This document shows, piece after piece, positions 15,939-25,133 of a stretch of 64,000 nucleotides of DNA. This stretch comes from an uncultured Acidimicrobiales bacterium (GTDB lineage: Bacteria > Actinomycetota > Acidimicrobiia > Acidimicrobiales > SHLQ01). Positions within the stretch are counted from its first letter, which is position 1, and every line of letters begins with the position of its first letter. The notes beneath the pieces are model-generated. The model was given only the letters and a program-made list of their open reading frames with translations, did no database searches and had not been told where the DNA came from. Position numbers and translations under genes: made by a program. Location: the NCBI GenBank assembly GCA_937934655.1, contig CALGZB010000056.1, positions 2,147 to 66,146 on the forward strand, given 5' to 3'.

Positions 15939-17879
15939 ATGAGAAAAGCATTTGACCGGCGGACGGTTTCTCGAAATGTCCCAACAATGGCCCTACTACT
16001 CGCACTTGCGCTCGTCGCAACGCTCCTCGGGTTTGCCTCACCACCCGCAGCTGCACAAGCGAACCAGGACAGCTTTTTGGTTGTCCGAGCGGCAGGACGG
16101 TCGGGCGGCGAGAACCTTGTGGTTCAGGTAAACGGCTCGACGGTCGGCACCGTGAGCTTGGACGGTTCGCCGTCGCTTACGGCTGCGCCTGATTGGAAGA
16201 ACTACTTTTTCGCGGTGTCGTCGTCGGTAACGGCAAGTGACGTCACCATCTTGTACACCAACGATTGGGGTCTCGGCTCCGATGTGCGGGTCGATCATAT
16301 TCGCCTCCACAACGAGACGTTCGAGACCGAGGCGCCGGGCGTCATCACAAGAGGCGGTTGGGGCAACGGCGCCAACTGCCAGACCGGTGAGTTCCAAACC
16401 GACTACCTCGCGTGCAGTGGTCAGATCGACTACCGGTCGACAACCGGCGGCCAGTTGGTTGTTGTGCTCGCTGGCCAAACCGGCGATGAGCTGGTCAATC
16501 TTCGGATTTCCGGTGCCTATATCGACACCCTGAGTCCAACCGCCAGCGGGTCGTCGTTCCGCAGTAACCCGGCATGGAGTGAGTTCCGGTTCGATGTGGC
16601 GTCGAGCGTTACTGCGTCGCAGATCACACTGCAGTTCTTCAACGACTATCGAAGCGGCGGGTATGACCGCAATGTGCGCGTTGACAAGATCGTGTTGCAT
16701 GGCCAGGTCTTCGAGACCGAGGCGCCCGATGTACGAACCAGCGGTAGTTGGGCCGGTGGACGCTGCAGCTCGGGAAGTTTCGGCACCGAGACGCTCGTGT
16801 GTAACGGCGAAGTTCACTATGGAGATACCCCCAGCGGTGACGACGGTGACGACGGTGACGACGGTGGCGATCCAACCCCAGACGGATCGGCACGTGAACT
16901 CGCTGAAGACACCAAGAACCGCCTCAGCAAGACAATGAACCTCGGAAACGCACTCGAAGCGCCGAGCTTCGAAGGGGAGTGGGGCATGGTCATCGAAGAC
17001 TGGATGTTCCCCACGATCAAACAGGCTGGCTTCTCTGCGGTCCGGATCCCGATCCGGTGGTCGGCGCACGCCCTCGACAACGCTCCCTACACGATCGATG
17101 CTGACTGGTTTGCCCGGGTCGATCATGTCATCGAACAGGCCCGAATCAACGACCTCGCCGTGGTGATCAATATGCACCACTACGACGAACTCAATAGCAA
17201 CCCGTTCGGCCATCGCGATCGCTTTCTCGGGATGTGGGAGCAGATTGCCCGCCGGTACCAGAACCTTCCGCAGACGGTTTCCTTCGAGTTGCTGAATGAA
17301 CCTAATGGTGCGATCGAACCGTACTGGAACGACTTTGCAGCGGCGTCGCTCGACGTCGTTCGTGAGTCGAACCCCAACCGGACCGTGCTCATCGGCCCAA
17401 CCGGCTACAACAAGCTCACCCGTCTACAAGATCTGGTCCTGCCCGCAGACGAGAACTTGGTTCTCTCGGTGCACTACTACGAGCCATTTGATGTCACCCA
17501 TCAGCAGGCGAGTTGGGTGACCTTCGACAATGGCGATCTCATCTTCCCCGACAACAAAACCTGTTGCGACGCAACCGTTGAGAATCAGATTCACGCCGAC
17601 ATGGTCAGCATCGCTGCCTGGGCGGATGCCCGAAACCGGCCGGTGATCATCGGGGAGTTCGGGGTTCTCGACCACGCCGATAACGCGACCCGGGTTGACT
17701 GGACCGCACACTTCCGCTGGCGCAGCCAGGACGAAGGCTTTGCCTGGGCATACTGGGAGTTCGGTGAAGGCTTCGGCGTATTCGATCCGGCTACCTGCCA
17801 GTGGAACGAATCGCTCCATGAGGCGCTGTTGCCGTTCTACGAAGGTTCGCTCGACGTCGATGGCGTCGGCTGCCGCTAG
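15939..17879 (+). CDS. Secreted GH5 glycoside hydrolase (cellulase/mannanase-type) with two tandem N-terminal carbohydrate-binding modules
   Basis: Signal peptide. Two ~125-aa repeats (VRVDHIRLHNETFETEAPGV / VRVDKIVLHGQVFETEAPDV) resemble Ca-dependent CBM60/36-type modules. A GDDGDDGDDGGD linker follows. GH5 motifs present: FELLNEPN (acid/base) and IGEFG (nucleophile). Confidence 0.8.
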   Translation: MRKAFDRRTVSRNVPTMALLLALALVATLLGFASPPAAAQANQDSFLVVRAAGRSGGENLVVQVNGSTVGTVSLDGSPSLTAAPDWKNYFFAVSSSVTASDVTILYTNDWGLGSDVRVDHIRLHNETFETEAPGVITRGGWGNGANCQTGEFQTDYLACSGQIDYRSTTGGQLVVVLAGQTGDELVNLRISGAYIDTLSPTASGSSFRSNPAWSEFRFDVASSVTASQITLQFFNDYRSGGYDRNVRVDKIVLHGQVFETEAPDVRTSGSWAGGRCSSGSFGTETLVCNGEVHYGDTPSGDDGDDGDDGGDPTPDGSARELAEDTKNRLSKTMNLGNALEAPSFEGEWGMVIEDWMFPTIKQAGFSAVRIPIRWSAHALDNAPYTIDADWFARVDHVIEQARINDLAVVINMHHYDELNSNPFGHRDRFLGMWEQIARRYQNLPQTVSFELLNEPNGAIEPYWNDFAAASLDVVRESNPNRTVLIGPTGYNKLTRLQDLVLPADENLVLSVHYYEPFDVTHQQASWVTFDNGDLIFPDNKTCCDATVENQIHADMVSIAAWADARNRPVIIGEFGVLDHADNATRVDWTAHFRWRSQDEGFAWAYWEFGEGFGVFDPATCQWNESLHEALLPFYEGSLDVDGVGCR

Positions 17880-18003
17880 CGGCACGTCGGCGTGCCACCG
17901 GTCTCCAACGACACATGGGCGGAGCGTCGGGCGCATAAAGTGTCGATGACAAACTTCGTCAGGTGCTCAGCGGTAGCGCTGCGGTGCCGATACGTTCTGG
18001 TAG

Positions 18004-19332
18004 ATGAACACCCCCGCGAATCCGCCGGATTCTGACGCCCAAAAGCGTCCTGCCAACTCCTATGAGCTGCCGGCTACGGCCGCGGTCGAGGCGCCGCCTA
18101 TGGCGAGGCCTCAGGCAGCGGTGAGCACACGAAGCACCAAGATCCTCGGTGGCCTTGGCAAGGGCTTCATCAGCACGGGTGTTCTCATCTTGTTGTTCGT
18201 CGCGTATCAGCTGTGGGGCACAGGTATCCAGGAAGCCCAGGCTCAAGATGAGCTTCGTTCGGACTTCGCAGCGACCCTCGAGGAGGCGCAACGTTTGTTG
18301 CCCTCTCCGCTGACCACCGCTGCACCGTTCATTATCGACGATGAGGTCGATCAAGGTCTTGAAGATCCGCTCGAGGCTGACGAGGATCCGGAACCTGAGG
18401 AGGCTGAGCCTGCGGACATACCCGATGAGTGGCTGAAGCTGCTTTTTCCGGAAGGCGGCGAGGAGGTTGCGTCGATCGAGATTCCGAAGATCGGTGTGAA
18501 CAAGGTTGTCGTCGAAGGCGTCCAGGTTGCCGACCTCCGAAAAGGCCCGGGTCGATACTCTTCTACTGCGGTTCCGGGGGAGTCGGGCAATGCTGCGATC
18601 GCCGGTCACCGCACAACATATGGCGCCCCATTTCACGACATCGACAAGCTCGAGCCCGGCGACGAGATCATTGTGACCAACATCTTGGGCCGGTTCACCT
18701 ATGAGGTGATCGCCCAGCCGACCCAGGATCGAGTCGGATTCTGCGATTCGTTTGTGCCGGGTGATCAGTCCGAAAGCGGTCTTGATGGCGAGGGTGAGTT
18801 CGGGCACTTCATCGTTGACCCTCGAGACACTTGTGTGCTCGACGACTGGGGTGACGATCGGCTAACCCTGACGGCATGTCATCCCAAGTTCAGTGCCCGG
18901 CAACGCATCGTGGTTACGGCCCAGCTTGTTGGAGCGCCGATCGATGCGCCTGAACGCACCATACCGATCGTCGAGGACGAACTCGGCGCAGACGAGATCG
19001 ATGAGTCCGAAGCCGCCGGCAACCCTGGTGATGAGGTCGGTGCTGACCCAACCGGAGCCGACGAAGCGGCCATCGCCGACGCCGAGCTGTCGGAAGAGAA
19101 CTCGCAGACGATCGGTGCGGTTGAAGACTTGGATGAAGGTCTCGGCTGGGACTACTCAGCCCTACAACCAGCGATCCTCTGGATGGCGGCTGCGCTCGCT
19201 GTCTGGCTCGCGGTGGCGATGGTCGGGAAGTACTGGCGCAAGTGGCCGTCCTATGCCATTGGAATCGTGCCATTTGCGGTGCTGCTGTTCACCAGTTTCG
19301 AACAGATTGATCGGCTTCTTCCGGCGTACTAG
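18004..19332 (+). CDS. Class E-type sortase with acidic C-terminal extension and C-terminal TM segments
   Basis: N-terminal TM, AIAGHRTTYGAPF (catalytic His) and LTLTACHPKFSARQRIVV (TLxTC plus Arg). An ~80-aa D/E-rich segment and two hydrophobic helices follow at the end. Confidence 0.8.
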   Translation: MNTPANPPDSDAQKRPANSYELPATAAVEAPPMARPQAAVSTRSTKILGGLGKGFISTGVLILLFVAYQLWGTGIQEAQAQDELRSDFAATLEEAQRLLPSPLTTAAPFIIDDEVDQGLEDPLEADEDPEPEEAEPADIPDEWLKLLFPEGGEEVASIEIPKIGVNKVVVEGVQVADLRKGPGRYSSTAVPGESGNAAIAGHRTTYGAPFHDIDKLEPGDEIIVTNILGRFTYEVIAQPTQDRVGFCDSFVPGDQSESGLDGEGEFGHFIVDPRDTCVLDDWGDDRLTLTACHPKFSARQRIVVTAQLVGAPIDAPERTIPIVEDELGADEIDESEAAGNPGDEVGADPTGADEAAIADAELSEENSQTIGAVEDLDEGLGWDYSALQPAILWMAAALAVWLAVAMVGKYWRKWPSYAIGIVPFAVLLFTSFEQIDRLLPAY

Positions 19333-19376
19333 AGCCAGCGGGCATCTCGGCCGACACCAGTCGGTCAACGCTGTTC

Positions 19377-20201
19377 ATGTCAGGCTGGTTCCCTATGTCG
19401 GCTTGGATCAACGCAGCACAGCTTGAGGTGCACCCCGGTGAGGGTCTGGTCGGACGATGGCCGGGTGCGGCCATTGTGCTGCTCGGCGTTGACCTTGCTG
19501 CCCCCGTCGAGGGGCTCATCGGCGGGTCCGGATGGCCACGTCCAGAACTGCTGCGCGACCGGGCCGAGTCGTTTGTCGGGACGACTCCGTTTGCCGTGGT
19601 TATCGAGCAACCTGCTCGAGACTCGGTCTGGGTCTTCTCTGCAGGTGTTGGGTGTTTTGATCCGACCGGAGAGCGTTTGAGTGATGGCGGTATCACCGTG
19701 TCTCCAGGCGCTGGCTTATCGATCGGCGCTCCCGGCGTTCCTGTGGGTATTGTCCCATCACACCCGGCGCTCACTCTTGTCGAAGGACTCGTCCCGGGTG
19801 CTGGAGCTGTTCTTCGGGTCGACGTTGGGTTGTTCGCCGAAGCAAATGATGCGCCGACTGCAGTGGGCGTCGGTGCGGCGGTCTTCGACGATGGCAGCAC
19901 CTATGGCCTCGACCATAGCTACGTGCTTGGCCGCGAACCCGAGAGCCGGGAGGTCGCGGGTTTTCTTCCGATCGTGCTCCGCGATGTCGAAAACAGCGTG
20001 TCGAGAGCCCACGCCGAACTCGAGGTCCGCGACGGCAACGTATTGCTGACCGATCTTGGCAGCACCAACGGCACGCATCTTCTCGACGCGGAATCCAACC
20101 AGTGGTCGCGCCTTGTGCCCAACGTGCCGACCATGCTCGAGATTGGTTCTCGAGTGGCGGTCGGAAGCCGCCAGTTCGTTATCGAACCAACGGCTCAGTA
20201 G
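19377..20201 (+). CDS. FHA domain-containing protein
   Basis: The C-terminal ~95 aa, YVLGREPE ... VSRAHAELEVRDGNVLLTDLGSTNGTHL ... IGSRVAVGSRQFVI, form a canonical FHA core. The N-terminal ~170 aa are uncharacterised. Confidence 0.75.
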   Translation: MSGWFPMSAWINAAQLEVHPGEGLVGRWPGAAIVLLGVDLAAPVEGLIGGSGWPRPELLRDRAESFVGTTPFAVVIEQPARDSVWVFSAGVGCFDPTGERLSDGGITVSPGAGLSIGAPGVPVGIVPSHPALTLVEGLVPGAGAVLRVDVGLFAEANDAPTAVGVGAAVFDDGSTYGLDHSYVLGREPESREVAGFLPIVLRDVENSVSRAHAELEVRDGNVLLTDLGSTNGTHLLDAESNQWSRLVPNVPTMLEIGSRVAVGSRQFVIEPTAQ

Positions 20202-20232
20202 AGCGTCTCAAACGCCTCTTGCGGCTTGGGCG

Positions 20233-22074
20233 CTACTCGAAGAAGAGCGGACTCGGTTTGAAGTAGCTCGATTCGGCCATTGCGGTGAAGGCATCGACGG
20301 ATTCCTGCGAGGAGTCCCAGCGTCGCTCACAGAAGTTCGTGTCGGTGCTCTGATGGAACCACATCAATGCATGAATCCTCGGAAACTCGGTTTCGAGCGC
20401 TGTCGCCATGTCTGTAATCCAGTTGGCTTTGGCAAGCGGGTCGTTGCTCAGTTCGTTGGTGGCGGTCTCACCGATCATAAGGGGTTTGTCGGGATGGGCC
20501 GTTTGGGCCCATGTGTAGAACGGCGTCGCCTGCTTGCTGAACGTTTTCCAAGGAGCGCTGGCGTGGCATTCGTACCAGTTGTACGGGTTCCACGAGATCC
20601 AGTCGATGATGTCGTCACCGGGGTACATCGCTTCGACCTGGTCAAAGGATCCAAAGGAGTGGCCCATGTAGTTGATAAACCAGATCATGTCGTCGCCGGC
20701 GATGGGGTTCATTACCTCATAAACATGGCGATACATGGCGACATAGTCGGCTTCGGTTCCGTAGGTGCCCACGTTGTCTTCGGGCTCATGGTGCAGCGCA
20801 AAGAAGATGGTGTGGCCAGATGCGTCAATCTCCTGAGCGACCCGAATGAGCTCGTCATCGAAGTGTCCGGCAGCAACATTGGCCCAGGCTGGTCCGCTGC
20901 TGTTGTCGCGGCTCACCTTCCAGGAATATACGAGTGTCCGGCCGGCGTCGGCGAGCGTCTGGTGTTCGTCGGTGAAGAACGTCGCTGCTGGGTCGGTGCG
21001 ATAGAGACGGACGAGGTCCATCTGTTGGCCGAGGGTGGCTTCCTGCACCGAAAGGTCGAGTGCGTCATCGCGGCGGTCGGTACTTCCGAGTGCCACCCCG
21101 CAGAAGGGGATGCAGTCCGGGTCGCTTGGCACGGTTGTGGTGGTAGTCGGCGCCGGAGGGACGGTTGTGGTGGCTGGCGCTGCCGTTGTAGTTGTTGTGG
21201 TGGTAGTCGGCGTCGGAGGGACGGTTGAGGTGGCTGGCGCCGCTGTTGTAGTTGTTGTGGTGGCTGGCGCTGCCGTGGTTGTCGTTGGCGCAGCGGTGGT
21301 TGCCGGTGCGGCCGTCGTTGTAGGCGCCACCGTCGTTGAAGGTGTCGTAGTGACGACCGGGGCAGTGGTTGTGGTTGGTAGAGGTGCCGCAGTCGTGGTT
21401 GGCGCAGCGGTTGTGGTTGGCGCGGCTGTTGTAGTCGGGGCCGGTTCGGTGAACGCCAGTTCCGGCGGTGTGCAGCTTTGGGTAAATCGTTGGTCGAAGC
21501 AGAGGTTCTTGCCGTCGCCCCCAACGAGCGTGTCTCGGCCAACGCCGCCCCGAAGGACGTCGTCCCCAGAGCCTCCGATCAAGTGATCACTTCCGAAGTT
21601 GCCGTTGAGTTCGTCTGCCCCGGCATGCCCCCAGATGTCGTCGCGTCCACGGCCGCCGAACAGCGAGTCGTCTCCGTCGCCGCCGAGGATGGTGTCGGAG
21701 CCGCCGTGGCCTTTGATCCAGTCGTTTCCTTCGCCGCCGTCGAGCGTGTCGCCGGACCTACCACCCAGCAACACATCGGCGCCGGATCCGCCGAGAAGCA
21801 TGTCGCTCCCGCCTCGACCGTAGAGAATGTCGTCGCCGCCAAGTCCGTGAATGGTGTTGGCAGATGGGCCGCCGCATATGAAGTCGGGCCCGTCGGTGCC
21901 GGTAATCACTGAAGCATCCGAGACGATGACGTTCATGCCGGTGGGCGCACCCCCGCAAGCTGTCCGTTGAGAGTTCGAGGAGGCTGAAGCGATCGGGGTT
22001 GCGGCAGGCGCGACTATGGCCGCAGCGAGGGCTGCGGCGAAGAGAGCGGACTGAAGCGGGCGCACGTGTGACAC
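20233..22074 (-). CDS. Secreted protein: N-terminal RTX repeats, Thr/Pro/Ala linker, C-terminal clan GH-A (GH26-like) glycoside hydrolase
   Basis: Signal peptide. About 12 nonapeptides (GGDDILYGR, GGSDMLLGG, ...) at approx 21505-21840. An ~110-aa APTTTAAP-type linker follows. The catalytic-like region has FFALHHEPEDN and PLMIGETATNE. The GH family assignment is tentative. Confidence 0.65.
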   Translation of the reverse strand: MSHVRPLQSALFAAALAAAIVAPAATPIASASSNSQRTACGGAPTGMNVIVSDASVITGTDGPDFICGGPSANTIHGLGGDDILYGRGGSDMLLGGSGADVLLGGRSGDTLDGGEGNDWIKGHGGSDTILGGDGDDSLFGGRGRDDIWGHAGADELNGNFGSDHLIGGSGDDVLRGGVGRDTLVGGDGKNLCFDQRFTQSCTPPELAFTEPAPTTTAAPTTTAAPTTTAAPLPTTTTAPVVTTTPSTTVAPTTTAAPATTAAPTTTTAAPATTTTTTAAPATSTVPPTPTTTTTTTTAAPATTTVPPAPTTTTTVPSDPDCIPFCGVALGSTDRRDDALDLSVQEATLGQQMDLVRLYRTDPAATFFTDEHQTLADAGRTLVYSWKVSRDNSSGPAWANVAAGHFDDELIRVAQEIDASGHTIFFALHHEPEDNVGTYGTEADYVAMYRHVYEVMNPIAGDDMIWFINYMGHSFGSFDQVEAMYPGDDIIDWISWNPYNWYECHASAPWKTFSKQATPFYTWAQTAHPDKPLMIGETATNELSNDPLAKANWITDMATALETEFPRIHALMWFHQSTDTNFCERRWDSSQESVDAFTAMAESSYFKPSPLFFE

Positions 22075-22251
22075 GAGGCAGACTTCCTTGGAGTTGTGGG
22101 GTGTGGGGGAGTGCGTTCACGTTGTCGGTGACCGCTTGCCCAGAGTGCCACGGCGCTGAACCCGCCGCCTGAGGACAACCGCCCTACTCGATGGGCCAAA
22201 TGGCTCATGAGTCATCTTCGTTAGCCTGACGAACGTAGCGGCAGGAACTGT

Positions 22252-22627
<376 letters not shown>

Positions 22628-22664
22628 TGATGGTACTGCCAGATTGCTTCGAACTCCGAGCCGG

Positions 22665-24239
22665 TTAACTGGAAGCTGCGCCGGAGCAACCAACCGCTGG
22701 CGAGTATCGGCCGGGATGGTCAGTGGAGTTATATCCAGAGACTCGGAAGGAGGCGGGAGTACCGGGGGGAAGGTCGACCCAGGCGTTGGTTTCGGTGGTG
22801 CGGAAGTACCGGTTGTCGACGCTATACACGTAGAAGTCGCTTCCGGAGACCGGAGCCCACTGGAGCGATACGCCGCCCTGGCGCGCTACGGGGTTACATG
22901 CGCCTTCGCTGGTACTACCCGTGTCTTGCGAGCCGCCATTTTGTCCTGCGGTTGCGGTTCCACATTCGGCCGAGGCGCTGTACGTTTCGTCGCTGTACAC
23001 GCCCGAGACCCGAAGTTCGGCTTGGGTGCCGGCGGACAAGCGAAACGACTTCTCAAGCGCATTGACCCGGTCGTACATCGTGGACCCGTTGTTGACCCGG
23101 ATGGAGTACACGTAGGTCGCAGCGGCAGGAACACTCGACCAGCGCACCGTGATGCCGTCGGAGGTCGACGTGATCGAACAGGTTGCTGTGCCTTGATCGG
23201 CCGGTTGCGGCTGTGGCTGTGGTTGCGGTTGAGGGGCCGGAGGTTGGGTCGCTGGCGGCTGAGCCGGAGGGGTTGCTGCGCCAGATGTCGAAGCCGTGAC
23301 CGTCTGGCCCCCATTGGCGCCGAGATGATCGCGGAGCCAGCCGGCCACATCGCCGCGTGGCGAACCGTTGAGGCCATCGCCGCCGCCGAAGAAGGTTGCC
23401 ACGTAGGCCCCACCGTTTCGGCCACTCTCTAGTGCTTGAAACGTTGCAAGGAGGAATCGTTGCCCATTGGCCTCAAGATAGAGGGGGCCACCCGAGTCGC
23501 CGCTACGAACGCCACCGCTACTGCCGGCAGCGCAGAGACGATGAACATCGCCTTGGGTCCAGCCGTTGCGATTGCGTGGGCACGGGTAGGCGGCGTTGTT
23601 TGAGCGGCCTTCCTGCATGATGTTCGAGAATTGGCCCGACGCATCTTTGCCGAATCCAAAGACCGAGAAGGTCTGGTTGGCGAGATAGTTGCCGGCACTC
23701 GCCGGGTTGTCCCATCCGGTCACGACTGGTGCGGGGCTCGCTGTTGATGCCGGAACTGCGTTGTCGAGCTTCAAGAGAGCGATATCGACGTTGCCAGGAA
23801 GTGAGTATGACCTGGCCTGCACCTGGAGCACTGGGTTGTCGGAGTCGTTACCGATGAGGATGTTGATGCCGTCGCTATAGAGGTGGTCGAGCGAGTAGAA
23901 GCGTCCGGGAAGTTCCCAGTCGCTGTAACCGTTGCCGCGAGGCTGCGGCGCCGGGTTTGGCGGTGAATGTCGGAAGCAGTGCCGAGCGGTAAGCACGAGG
24001 TTGGGTGACACCAAAGTTCCCGAGCAGGTTGATCCATTCGTGGTGACTCGCACCGTTGCCCGGTTCTGTGACGTGTTGTCGGCGTTCCACCCGCCGTCGA
24101 TTGCTCCCGCATGGGTAGGAGCGAGCAAAGCGACGAGTCCAACAATGAGCGAGAGTGCGGCCACCACTGCGGAGGTCGTGATCGACACAGGGCGCGGTCG
24201 CCACTGCGCGAAATGGGGGGAGAAATGCTGACGTGGCAT
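22665..24239 (-). CDS. Secreted trypsin-like (S1) serine protease with PQ-rich linker and two C-terminal Fn3-like domains
   Basis: Signal peptide, CSGTLVSPNLVLTARHCF (His motif) and GDSGGPLY (Ser motif). A PAPQPQPQPQPQP linker follows. Two ~80-aa repeats contain ITVRWSSVPAAATYVYS and VSLQWAPVSGSDFYVYS. Confidence 0.85.
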   Translation of the reverse strand: MPRQHFSPHFAQWRPRPVSITTSAVVAALSLIVGLVALLAPTHAGAIDGGWNADNTSQNRATVRVTTNGSTCSGTLVSPNLVLTARHCFRHSPPNPAPQPRGNGYSDWELPGRFYSLDHLYSDGINILIGNDSDNPVLQVQARSYSLPGNVDIALLKLDNAVPASTASPAPVVTGWDNPASAGNYLANQTFSVFGFGKDASGQFSNIMQEGRSNNAAYPCPRNRNGWTQGDVHRLCAAGSSGGVRSGDSGGPLYLEANGQRFLLATFQALESGRNGGAYVATFFGGGDGLNGSPRGDVAGWLRDHLGANGGQTVTASTSGAATPPAQPPATQPPAPQPQPQPQPQPADQGTATCSITSTSDGITVRWSSVPAAATYVYSIRVNNGSTMYDRVNALEKSFRLSAGTQAELRVSGVYSDETYSASAECGTATAGQNGGSQDTGSTSEGACNPVARQGGVSLQWAPVSGSDFYVYSVDNRYFRTTETNAWVDLPPGTPASFRVSGYNSTDHPGRYSPAVGCSGAASS

Positions 24240-24271
24240 GAGAGCTTTATAGCAGCTTCTGGCCAGCTACC

Positions 24272-24664
24272 TCAAGACGCCTCTGCCCGTTGGCGAATCA
24301 TCGCCCAGAACCCGCCAACCATCCCGAAGGTCGACGCGAGCAGTGCTCGGGCGAAAACGCCGATCCATCCGATCTCTTCGCCGGCTATCCCGCGGCGAAT
24401 GATTCCGAGTCCTTGGATCACGGCGTAACACAGCAAGGCAGCGAGTGCTGCGTGCATGAGCGGGGTGGATTCAATGGGTCGGCCAGCAATAAATCCGCCG
24501 TACGCAAACCCCATCAAGATGATGCCGAAGAACAGAAGTACCAGGCTTGAGCCGGAGAGCTCGCGCTGATTTCCAACCACCAGCATTACGACGGCGGTCG
24601 GTCCGGCGATGAAGCCGGCGGCGATGGCTCCTCGTATCACTGCGGTCCAATCCAGGTTCGTCAT
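24272..24664 (-). CDS. Small integral membrane protein
   Basis: Internal ATG (MTNLDWTAVIRG) and 4 predicted hydrophobic helices. The longer track ORF adds a non-hydrophobic, basic extension. Confidence 0.5.
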   Translation of the reverse strand: MTNLDWTAVIRGAIAAGFIAGPTAVVMLVVGNQRELSGSSLVLLFFGIILMGFAYGGFIAGRPIESTPLMHAALAALLCYAVIQGLGIIRRGIAGEEIGWIGVFARALLASTFGMVGGFWAMIRQRAEAS

Positions 24665-24823
24665 AGAGATGATCGTAGTCACTGTCGGATTCGGCTCTCG
24701 CTTTGGAGTTTTTGTAGCAATCCGGCAATAGTGGCGCCGCGAGGCCAGTGATTGCCCCATTGTTCGCCTCGATCGTTGCGCTTGCGCCTCAGCTTGCGCG
24801 TTTAAGGAGTAAAGAGTTTTCGA

Positions 24824-25093
24824 ATGCTTTCAGTACAAGACAATAAAACCCCACTACCGCTGCACCAGTGGCGTGCTCAAGCCGCTTGTCGCGGTCTCGA
24901 CGCCGCCGTCTTCTTTCCCGATGAAGAGGGCGAGGCCTCGGCGTTGGCGAAAGCCACCTGCGCGGCCTGTGTCGTGCAGGACCACTGCCTGAGCCACGCG
25001 TTGAACAACAAAGAAAAAGCCGGCGTCTGGGGCGGTGCCACCGAGCGTGAGCGTCGTCGCATTATTCGCCAAGCGCGGCGGAAGTCGGCCTAA
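24824..25093 (+). CDS. whiB: WhiB family transcriptional regulator (Fe-S)
   Basis: AACRG...FFP, then CAACVVQDHC (Cys-x-x-C ... C) and GVWGGATERERRRI. Together these form the diagnostic WhiB signature. An AAGGAG RBS lies upstream. Confidence 0.9.
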   Translation: MLSVQDNKTPLPLHQWRAQAACRGLDAAVFFPDEEGEASALAKATCAACVVQDHCLSHALNNKEKAGVWGGATERERRRIIRQARRKSA

Positions 25094-25133
25094 CCCTTCG
25101 ACCATCCTCGGGGCTCGAACCTAGGATGGCGCG

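Noticed and set aside
16038-17213. Long antisense ORFs opposite real genes. Examples are 16038..17213(-), 20056..21228(+), 30423..31517(-), 56155..57414(-), 4747..5793(-), 17959..18807(-) and 37265..37984(+).
   Set aside because: This is a typical GC-rich artefact caused by stop-codon depletion on the antisense strand. The translations are low-complexity R/G/A/P-rich, lack motifs, and each fully overlaps a gene with clear family signatures.
17879-18004. The GGCACG-TCGG-CGTGCC hairpin just after the GH5 stop, as an intrinsic terminator.
   Set aside because: The stem is only 6 bp and no T-run follows it. It could act as a weak terminator or RNA-stability element, but I cannot support a call.
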